A stretch of 64,000 nucleotides of DNA from Owenia fusiformis. Taxonomy: Eukaryota. Below, piece by piece: positions 38,201 to 49,300 of this stretch. How positions within the stretch are numbered: the first letter of the stretch is position 1; every line of letters begins with the position of its first letter. Where the stretch lies: the NCBI GenBank assembly GCA_903813345.2, contig CAIIXF020000001.1, positions 17,794,001-17,858,000 on the forward strand, given 5' to 3'. A program made the translations under genes and the position numbers. The notes under the pieces were generated by a model, which saw only the letters and a program-made list of their open reading frames with translations, searched no databases and was not told where the DNA came from.

Positions 38201-39714
38201 CGTATTGATAAATTCTATTTGTGCGGGAATATATTAGATCTAGTCATTTATGATCATTATCTCGATTAATTTTCTTCATTTATAGTAAATAGAGCGGAAA
38301 TATTCATGAAGAAGGCCACGGTAATCAAGTGGTCATGTGTTTGAAGTTAAAAGTCAAAGTTCAAAAATTTGCATATCTCGTTTGGATCTCGTGAACTCAA
38401 ACGTTCTTGACATTGATTTCGCGATCTACTTATGAACACATCCTGAAGTTTTGGTGAGTCTGAACATTTCATTATTTTATATCAACTTGTACCCACCTTA
38501 TACAGATATTTTTGCTTCTAGTTTAAGATGAACATCTCTTAACATATTCACCAATTTTCAAGGTGAACATTCTTGTAATAAACGAGAAATTTATGTGCAC
38601 AAAATATCGCCGCGATTTCCATGCCAAAGGTATCAATCATAACAGACCGAATATTATATTCGGTTCGTTGGATACATACTAGGTACCAACTGATGAATGA
38701 ATAAAAGGTAATGGTTGAAGTACTGTTCTCGATGATTTTTCAAAATTTTACTATCCCACAATTATCCATTTATGGACTGCCTTTTTGTTTCATATACGCA
38801 GGCCCCTCCCCTGCACTATTATTCCTACCGAATGGCCCGTGAACTGAGGTCGGAATACTGTACAAAGAAAAGGCTAGGTAGACATCATTACAAAAATAGG
38901 ATATATAATACGACCTATATAATATTGCGCAACCAACTTACATTTTTCCTAATAGGCTAATCATCAACATTGTATTCATTGTGAGTCAACATGTCAATGA
39001 AAAAGATGGCTTATTATCACCCACGTAAAACAAAGGCATAGATATTAGAAATTGAGCACTCAAACAGCACATAAATGATGTTAACACAGTAAGTAACATT
39101 TTAACTTCCACGAAACAATGTGAAGAGAAATAAATTATACCTACGTTGTGTGATATTCGAAGGAATTTGTTAGAATTTTCACGTTGAAGATTTTTTCAGT
39201 TTTTCCCACAATTCTGTTCGGTTTTTCGTTTTCGTTCAGTATTATTTAGTCTAGTAGTTTATTAACTTTTTGTCAGATTAATATCGATTAGCAATTGAAA
39301 TTGTTATTTTAGGGAGTTTTAATAATGTTACAATTTTCTTTTATTAAGATTTTTTTCCTTCAATTTCAGTATTATAAAATGAAAACAATGATGTGATTCC
39401 CGGGAACTTCAGAATTAGGTCAAGTTTTCATGTGATGAGTTTTGGAAATTTTAGGGGAGTATTCGAGCATTCACAACCGGCAACCAAACGTACTTCATTG
39501 GTCACATGTCTTTACAAAGTCAACTATACGGTTTATTTATCTCATAGAGTAAGTATAGATCTCAATGCTTTGTATATTTTTCATCAGACTAATTCATTCC
39601 TGTGACATTTGACTTGTGAGGATTTTTTTTTATCATTTTTGACATTCTATTTTTGGATAGAATTTCTATCCCAAAATAACTCAAACTCTGTTCACTGTGG
39701 TATGGATTATGCTA

Positions 39715-41085
39715 CAGGCCTGTCGACTGTCCTGCAACTTGCGTATTTGTCACGCATTTGCTGAAGAATTTGAAGTCACGCCAGTTTTTTTTGCGTGACC
39801 CAAAATGTCACGCAAATACGCATTTTACAGTGGGGATCATAAAGAATTGCAAAAGCTATGAAAATTACATGCTGTCGCACATGTAATAAATTCTTACCTC
39901 AGTGTATTCAGTGCTCTATTTTCTCCATTTTAGTAAGTCCAAATATAGTGGAATTTGTGTCCCTAATGACAAATAAGAACTTCAAAAGTTGAATTGGATA
40001 CTCACATGTTATGCCGACTCTTCAAATGTTGAGGTGATTTTGTTGCCCGATTGCGCCGGAACGGAGGATTGGCTCCCAGAATGCAACATGACATGTGCCA
40101 GCTTTCAAAATGCTGTTCCGCCATTTTGAAACCTGTCATGAGTAAATACGGTTAATTGATGTTGCATTCTGGGAGTCAACCGTCCTTGGATAACAAACAT
40201 GGCGATTCATGAAAACATTCATTCGATTTGGTAGGGATTTATCCATTATTTGCAGGTATGAAGCTTTGGATTCATTTATTGTGCTACTTTAGTGAACGGG
40301 AATTATTTTTCTACCGCTTGGGAGAGTTTGAGACACGAAACTTGGAAATAAGCTCATTGTGACAACTTGTGAATGTTGAGTTTTATTTTTGTCCCCCACT
40401 GTACCTGGTAGTCTAATTGGCAAGCAAAAATATTTCTGTAGAAAAAATTCTAAAAAAGTTGTTGATACAGCAAAAATACCATGCCAAAAAAACGTATATG
40501 TCACGCATTCCGTTCTGAATTTTTCGTACCTACCCGCCCCCCCCCCCCTAGTCTATATCTAATAGACTGAATTTCCTGGGAAAAAACAGGAAATTTCCTG
40601 CACACAATTATCAATTTTAGGAAACTTCACTTCCCCAAAATAAGCATTAAAAGAATTCAATTAATTAGTAAGGTACAATTAAATGCTATAAAAAGTAACA
40701 CAGCATATTGTCAAATGGAAATAAAGCTAGGGGAAGTAACAAATATGCAAATTAATTTAACCAGTCGGCCATTTTGAATGGCACTTCCTATGTAAACAAA
40801 TCATTTTCAATCCCAAGTTTTAACATATATGGGCTATAGTCTGAATATTTTCATTCCAAATTTCAAAAAAATTTCAGACTAAAGGATATAGTCTACCCCC
40901 CCCCCCCCCCCGTTGATGTACCTTTGAAAAGCGAGGTGTTCAAAATTTGGCAAGATGCAATAAAATTTAAACCAAGGTGTTCAAAATTTGGATCAAGGTG
41001 TTCAGATTTGGACCAAGGTGTCCACATTTTGAGGGGAGGTGTTCAACATTTCCAAGTCACTCATGTTCCCAAGTTGACAGGCCTG
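39715..41085. mobile_element. hAT-like TIR element with 6-bp TSD, carrying nested insertions
   Basis: CAGGCCTGTCGAC ... GTTGACAGGCCTG with TSD ATGCTA. It contains 39828-40401 and a further probable MITE at about 40550-40895. Confidence 0.8.
39828..40401. mobile_element. Tc1/mariner-like non-autonomous element, uninterrupted copy
   Basis: TA-CAGTGGGG...CCCCCACTG-TA. Reverse-complement homologue of 2607-7425 without its insertions. Confidence 0.85.
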
Positions 41086-42718
41086 ATGCTATGTATTTAA
41101 GGTTCGTAATAGACAATATAACATTAGAATTTAGATGAACTACTTTATTCTCAGAGGGTCAGCACACTATAGTGACGTCAGCATCACCTGCTAAGGTCAT
41201 GTTATCTCTTTTAGTACACAACAGATTATGAATGTAGGTTTCGCGTACATGTGTCAGCTGATATCAGCTGAACCCTGCCTTCAGTTCTTTCTCGCTTTGG
41301 GGGAGGGGGGTCCACATAGTCTCGGGGGGTCTGCACTATATTGTGGCCTTAGTCCAAAGATAAATCCCTGCATGTTTTTTAATGCTGTAAACAGGTCATG
41401 TCGTAGTCATAAAATTTGATATCAAATGTTCGCCATTTTTCCACATCACAATTTGAATTGCATGTTTTGGTCTTATTACATGTACCCTACCAAAAATTCC
41501 AAAACACACATGAAGTGATCAATGTATTAGTTCACATCTTCTGGATCGCTAACTTAGAATTTACAGCCAGTTACTAATTAGTCAGACAATAACGACATTT
41601 CGTCCAATTTTCGAATATCGCCATTTTTCTTGGATCGAAATCATGCAATATTCATCGAGGAGCTCAGCCAGTTCCATTTTAAATCATGATTTATTTATCT
41701 AAGTGAATAGATATTGAGTCTTGTATCTGAACTCATGTTTTCATCAGATAATAAGATCGATATCTACCCTGGATAAAAATAGTGTTTTATTTAAATCTAT
41801 GTGTTGCAGGGTGGTCCCATACTCTTTAGGGGGGGGGGGGGGGTTCTTTACCAAGTGCATGTGACATATTGTTATGGTCTCCGTTTTTTGTGATGGTGTG
41901 TGGCAGTTGTGTCTAGTGTCTGTACCAAATTCTTACAACTTCCGATAACTTTCAAATGTTTTCAAAATCAGCTACATGTTCTCAGAAGTTCAAATCTGAC
42001 TTTAGCTTTGAGATTTGACCTTCAACGACCTTTTCAAGGTAAAAAAGGTCAAAAAGGTATCTTTCAACTTGCTTCAAATTGACATTTTTTGCAAATTGCC
42101 ATCATACCAATGCTTTCTTTCAACAAAGCTTGACTGCAACTGACCAGTTGAGAAAATCTAGTGATTGACACAATTGTTTTTTTGGAGATAATAGAAATGT
42201 ATTTGCATCATGTTGAGCCAAATTCTCTTCAATTTTTTGATGATCCAAACTTGCAGATTATGAACACCATAAAAATAGGGTGGACGAAACTTGAATTTCA
42301 GTTATTAGCAGCATCTTTCTACATATCACTTCAGTAATTCATCATCTAGACATCAACAGATGCAGAATAATCGCAGAATAAAATGCTCATAATAATAAAT
42401 ATATGCTTATTCAGCCTTTTTTGAGTTAGCCCATGGACCCTCTCTATATGGAACACCTGTCGACAAGGAACAGTTTGTCCTGTCCAGAGAGCATTTCTTG
42501 TCCTCAGGTTTTACTGTATATGTTATTTGGAATAAAAAATCAATAATAACCTCAATTTGCATTTCAGTCTCTTGTTAATTTAGTTATCATTCTGTACCCA
42601 TTTTTGGGCAACCCTTTACATGCAGTTGTTGAGGTGTATTTAGTGTCTTTGAAATAACTAGAGATCTTTATTTAAACAGAATTACATGCATTGACATTAA
42701 GATAAAACGTTACATTTA

Positions 42719-43205
42719 CAGGGCTGTCAACTTGGGACCACCTAATATGAGTGACTTACAAATGTTGGACACCGAAGTCCAAATCTGAACACTTTTGTCC
42801 AAATTTTGAACACCTTTGGCCAACTTTTAAACACCTTTGGCCAAAGTTTGAGCACCTTTGCCTAAACTTTTATCACCTCAAATTTTTCGCGCTCGCTACA
42901 CTCGCGATGTCGTCAACAGGGGGGGGGGGGAGGTACGAAAATTTCCTATGAACATGCGTGACATATACGGGATTCGCGTGACAAATCCGAACAAATTGCG
43001 TTCGTTTTTTTCCGACGTTCGTATTTTTACCGTATCATAAACATATTTTGAAAAAAATTTTACAGAAACATATTTGCGTGACAATTACCAGGTAAAATGC
43101 GTATTTGCATGACATTTTGTGTCACGCAAAAAAAACTGGCGTGACTTCAAATTCTTCAGCAAATGCGTGACAAATACGCAAATTGCGGGACAGTTGACAG
43201 GCCTG
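42719..43205. mobile_element. hAT-like TIR element with 6-bp TSD (uninterrupted copy, inverted relative to 39715-41085)
   Basis: CAGGGCTGTCAAC ... GTTGACAGGCCTG with TSD CATTTA. Confidence 0.82.
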
Positions 43206-43397
43206 CATTTATATCTAGACTATGTGTCAGAATACAAATATTTAAATCTTATCTCACATGTACAACCGTATTTAACCTACAATCCAACAATTGACCTGAA
43301 ACCTCAATAGAAGTATGAGATCTAAATTTTATTAAAAATATTTTCTGTTTGTTTCAGTGAAAGTACAACTTGTGCTGATGACTTAAAGAGTGTTTAA

Positions 43398-46300
43398 ATG
43401 GACAGAACTGACATCATGGCTGAAGAAGAAAAGAGGCCCCTACTTAATGGCGACCCAGATGTTGCAGTAGAAACAGTCAATCCAGGATCAGTTGATGTCA
43501 ATAAACCACCTATCATAAAACTTTATAAACGGAGATGGTATATTTTGTTACTGTTCAGTTTTTTGACATTTACTCAAGGAGGAGTCTGGAACACATTTGG
43601 ACCAATCGCAGATTCAGCTGAAAGTGCATTTGGATGGAATGATGCAGATATAGCACTGTTGACAAATTGGGGCCCTATTACTTATGTCATTTCAACACTC
43701 TTCTTCTCTTGGCTCGTTGATGTAAAAGGTAAGACAATTTTGGTATAAGTATGTGACCAAAAGTATCACTACTTTAAAAGATGTAAATGAGATATAATCA
43801 TTTATTGGCCAGATAAAATGATGTGCCAGATTATCCATTATACCACATGCAAAATTCCTGGCAGTTCAGGAATTAAGGAGTACAGTAGTTTCAACCAACA
43901 ACAGCCAATCAAAAGTCATGTTATATATACGTGAGCTTGGGTACGAGAATATTTTCACGTTTCAACAAGTCAAGATGAAAAAGGCAGAAAATGTGGGGAA
44001 TTTGTAGGATTTCCACACTGATGAAATGTAAGTTCTATTCATGGGCAATCTAACAGGTGTCACAAATGTCTGGCTGGCCTATATGTCTGGGGTGTCGTAT
44101 CAAAACAAGCCTTCTATTAATTATTTTAAGCCTTCTATTAATTATTTTGTCTGGTCGATGGCTGGCGTCAGACGTCTATTTCAAGCACTGCGTGGATGAC
44201 TAATTTGAGAAAACAATTATTTATTTTTCTACCTTCAGATTGTTTCACCTACATGAAGTATAGGTGTCTCAAAAAAATGTACCCAAAAGTATATCATCAC
44301 CATTGACAAACCAATCAATATTTTCAGACTTTTTTTGCATGGTCTTGTAGATAAAAGATGAAAGTTTTTTCCCCTATACACAGTTTTTAATTCAGTTTTC
44401 TTTTGCCTTTTTGATACTTTAACCTGTTACCTTTTACACCACATACTGATAACTACATGATTATTCCAGGTTTAAGATGGGCCACTCTCATTACTGCAGC
44501 TCTGGTGTTCTTTGGAACAGGAATACGGTGTATCACATCAGACCCAGCACATGCAAAGTGGTAAGTAAAACTATAATAAACTTAGTTAGTAAACTAATAT
44601 AATTTAGTTTATTTGTCCAAGTTATGTTGAGTAGGCATATTAATTGCTTAAAATTTCAGCAAAATACTGAAACATTAAAATCTATAACTTGGGGCTTATC
44701 AAAATGCATGGATGTTAGAATACATGTACATGTACAGTACATGAAGTTAAGTTGATCATTTTCAATTTTTACTTTAAAATGCATAAATAAACATTGTTTG
44801 GTTAAAAATAATTTTGATAATTACATTTCCTATCTTTGTAAACTTGGGAATTGTTTACCAGAATGAAATATTGGAATATATCGAATAGTATATCAAACAC
44901 AATATACAATATAGGACGATGAACATTGGTGCAATACTCAATGGGTTAGCAGGTCCCATATGTATGGGAGGTCCACCTAAATTATCTCAGACATGGTTTC
45001 CATCGTACCAACGTACAACAGCCACAGCTATTGCTCTCAATTGTCTTGGTGACTCATTCCCATTTTTATTTGGTAATCCCCCGTGAAAGTTCTTTCACCT
45101 TGTCATCTAATGGCTTATCACCAGAATGCACTAAATGTGATAGTATACTGTATTTAAGAATACACTGTATTTCATGTAATTTATAATTCTGCATAATTAA
45201 TTTAACAGTTCATTTCTAATCCTAATGTCAGTGTTTTGAGTGAGAAACAGTGGAAACATCAATTCTTCACAAAACAAGGAATATTTAATTCAAAATGGTT
45301 GTCTTTAGGCTAATACATGTGGGTCACTTTCTAAATGGTCTCGGTGGACCCATTGCAATGGGAGGACCCCCAGCATTGTCAGCACATTGGTTCCCACCCC
45401 ATGAGAGAATTACTGCCACTGCTATTTCTCAGATCTGGAATGGCATGGGAGTGGGAGTTTCATTCATTATAGGTACACAATACAGCCTAAGCTGAACCAT
45501 GGGCTTTCAAGAAAGGCCCATGGCTGAACCTAGAAGTAGGCTAAAAATCTTTCATAGGCATTTCCTCCATTTTCACTAATATCATCCTTATACAACATGC
45601 ACGCCATATTTAACAACCATCCTGCATGCATATAGCTCAGTGATCTCCCCATCATTAAAGCAAATGGGTGCAGCACCCACCTGAGATTTTGAAAACAGGG
45701 TTGTACCCACCTGAAAATACATTTGCAACCACTTGAAAAAGACAAAAATCATGAAAAATTGGCATATTTGGTTGAGAAAAAATCCTGTTGAGAACAATGT
45801 AGCTGTTTTACAATCATTTAATATGATTTTCTGTTACATCATTTAGATTGTCAGCTTTCCAATGGTATGATGAACCACATAACTGCACAAATCTAAATAG
45901 AAATATTTAAGGCTGACCAAAATAACCTTGATTTCACATTGTTCTATTATTCTGACATGGGGTTAGAATTGTTACACTCATATTTTGTGAAACTTCTGGA
46001 CATTGAGACTAAGAATAGTTACCATGATATTATCTTCTGGTGTCCAAAACAAGGTCATCTGTATAATTATGTGTTCCAGACATGTAGTTTGGGTGTTCAA
46101 AATGTGTGATAGACATTCAAAATCGAATTGATGATAAGTTGAATTGAAAATCAATGAGAAAACTTTTTTGTTATAGGTTGATTCATTTGGGCCAGATATT
46201 GAATGGATTAACAGGCCCTATTGTAATGGGTGGCCCTCCTTCAATATCCATTGTGTGGTTCCCTCCCCATGAGAGAGTCACAGCAACAGCTATAGCAGTA

Positions 46301-49300
46301 GCATTGGGGTCTTCTGGTATAGCAACTGCATTTATTATAGGTGGGTTTGTGTTCAAGTTTCAGGCTTCATAATTAGTCCTTCTAATTTGCTTTTCCTTCC
46401 TATTTTCCTTGCCCTTGCTTGAGTACTTTGCCCAAGCAGTGTACCTGACTTTTTGGGGTTGTCGTTGTTGAGTTAGCCGAGCGGTCTTGAGCACTGAACA
46501 CACTAGGCTAGGTGATGTTGCCATAACCATGAGGTTGTGAGTTCAAGATGTGTGAGCTCCTTGCTTTTAATCATTTTAAAGTCTCCAGACCTCTGTCTGA
46601 TGGTTGGTTATTGTTTTTGGGATTTCTAGAAAAATCAAAGATGCAAATTCTAAGATCAAAGTCTTTAACCCCCAGTTGAATTAATAATATGTTAATTTAT
46701 AGGTTGATCCACTTGGGGCACATCTTGAATGGTCTCCCTGGTCCTATCTGTCAAGGGGGTCCACCTATCATCTCTATTGTGTGGTTTCCCCCACATGAGA
46801 GAACAACAGCCACTGCAATTGGCACGATATTTGGTATTGGTTTAGGAGTTGGTTCATCTTTTGTAATAGGTTAGTCATTGATGGTTGATCTCATTTGAAT
46901 AAACGTTACACCCTACATATGATGCTTCTCAACTGCTTTTGTGCATGACACTATTCCATGATTTCCAAATTATCATACACTACATGTACTTCACATGTAT
47001 GTCCATGCTCTGTATGTCCATTTTTAGGTAATGTTTCACTCAACACTGCAATTGGAGCACAGAAGCAGAAAAATTAAGGTCAATTTGTTAATACATTTTC
47101 TACAATGTGCAATTATCATTTGATCAAGATCTGACTATACGTACATAAGCATGAAAATATATGTTCATGTTGATAATCGCATCAGATTCTCCCAAATCCT
47201 CTGCGGTTTAATATCACATTGTAGCTATTGATTCTATTAACATATTGACTCTAAATGAAATAGTCCAAAGCAAAATGATCTGATTGGCATTTTGATGTAA
47301 TTCATAGGCTTATCAATCTTGGCCACGCACTTAATGGCTTTGCTGGACCAATAGTAATGGGTGCTCCTCCCGTCCTCTCTGTGACATGGTTTCCACCCCA
47401 CGAACGCACCACCGCCACTGCCATCTCTACAGTCTTTGGAGCAGGCTTTGGCACAGCTGTCTCATTTGTTATAGGTAGGTCCCTCTCCCTTGTTAGCTAT
47501 AAGGACATTATATAAGTGTGACATCATAGGGCAATCTTTTTTATAAATGTTGTACCATGAAAGCTATTGAAGAGCCATATAATCTAATTGTCTTAAAAGT
47601 TGGTTAGGACAAGATGGTAGCAGTATTCACTTTTGCCTATTGGGTTTCTTTTTATAAAATTCCAAGGGAATTCATTTGTCACAATTTTGGTAAAAAAATA
47701 GTCAAAAAATCGCTTGTGCAATTAATCATAAAATGCTCAGAACTTTTTGCCAGGGGACAGAACAATTCAAAAGCTTTCAAGAATCATGCCTTTGAGTACC
47801 CTGCACCTAGTATAGGAACTTTGTTTAAGAATTGCTTTATTTTAGCTTAGTCACAACACAAGATAGACACAGACAGAAAAGCACATACATGTCATGTAAT
47901 ATACCTATACGCGCTAACTTTTAACGTGCGAAATATTCTTATCTCCGCGTTGGAGAGTTCAGTTTCATGGTACAACTTTCTCAATATCCGGGCACTTTCC
48001 CATTGGAATAACATTGGCTGTGTTTTTCAATGACACATTGTGACTTTATTAGAGGTTTATCATGAATTATATTTGCACATACGATAGATATGATCATTAT
48101 AAAGACATTTGACAAGTTTTTTAAAAATATATTCACCAGAATCGTCAAAATCGTAAGTTTAAAATTCAAGTGACGTCACAGATTTCCCGGAAGTTGGTCA
48201 GTTCCCGGAACTTGCTCAGACGCCATAGAAAAAATAATCGAAGCAAATTGAATTTCCATCTTCTTTTCTAATTATTGTCTGGATTATAGAATATTATTAT
48301 ACATATGTACTAATGTTGGATCGGGATAATGCCTATGACGTTGTGTTTTGTGGACCAATAGAAAATTGTCCATGTTATCGTGTTGCATTGCGGGAAATAT
48401 TTATGTTAATGACCAGTAATTTCCTAACGCGAATAGGACTATTGTATAGGTATTCACATTAAGATTTATATTTTCTGAGCTAGAATGAAATAATTTTAGA
48501 TAATTTCCCATCTAATTTTTATTTTATTGCTGAGACTTTATAAAACCTTCAGAGTATCAAACTATCATCATGCTAAACCATGTAATCTCATTCTGCTCTT
48601 GTCTTCGGATCGATGCTTTGATAATTTGTGTTAGATTGATGGATCTGGCTGATTCCTAAATCCAGCAAAATTTATGTCTTTCATCTCAGTTCATACTTCA
48701 ATTTTAAATCAGAGCATGTTGCTAGCTGAAATATAGCAAAATTAGATAAAAATTGAAATGTTGCACTACATGTAAGTCAGTGTAATTATGCTTATGCCAA
48801 CTTTATTCATATTCTTTAGGTCCTTTGCTAGTAAGAGAGCTTACAAACAATACATTGGACAATAGTACAACTGGCATGTAAGTACACTTGGTTTATCTTT
48901 TATTTTCTCAATTTTTTGGGAGATTTAGATTTACCAAGAGTTTAGGTAGATAGCTTGTGAACTAATTTCTTTTGCGTAGTCTTGTCATTATCCAACCTAA
49001 CGAAGTTCGAGGGGGATATAGGAAAGCCATTCAAATTTTATATAATGATGCTTAGAGATAAACGAGGTCTAGCTGCTCAAGATGAAAATTCAAGATGGCA
49101 ACTTATTGTTTGTCTCAATATATGTTTTGTTTGGTGGGATTTGCTACTCAGTGGAGTTGCTGTTTTTCTAGCTGTTCCAGATTTTCTACTATTTATACCA
49201 TCGACTTGATATACTTAATATGTTTCATTGTTTTCTCTTTTACAGGCTGCACAATATCACAAATCATACAAGTAAGTCAAAAATATTGGAATACTGAATA

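Noticed and set aside
46462-46550. tRNA gene inside the exon cassette
   Set aside because: Only A- and B-box-like motifs are present, with no acceptor stem or cloverleaf. Treated as a SINE remnant.
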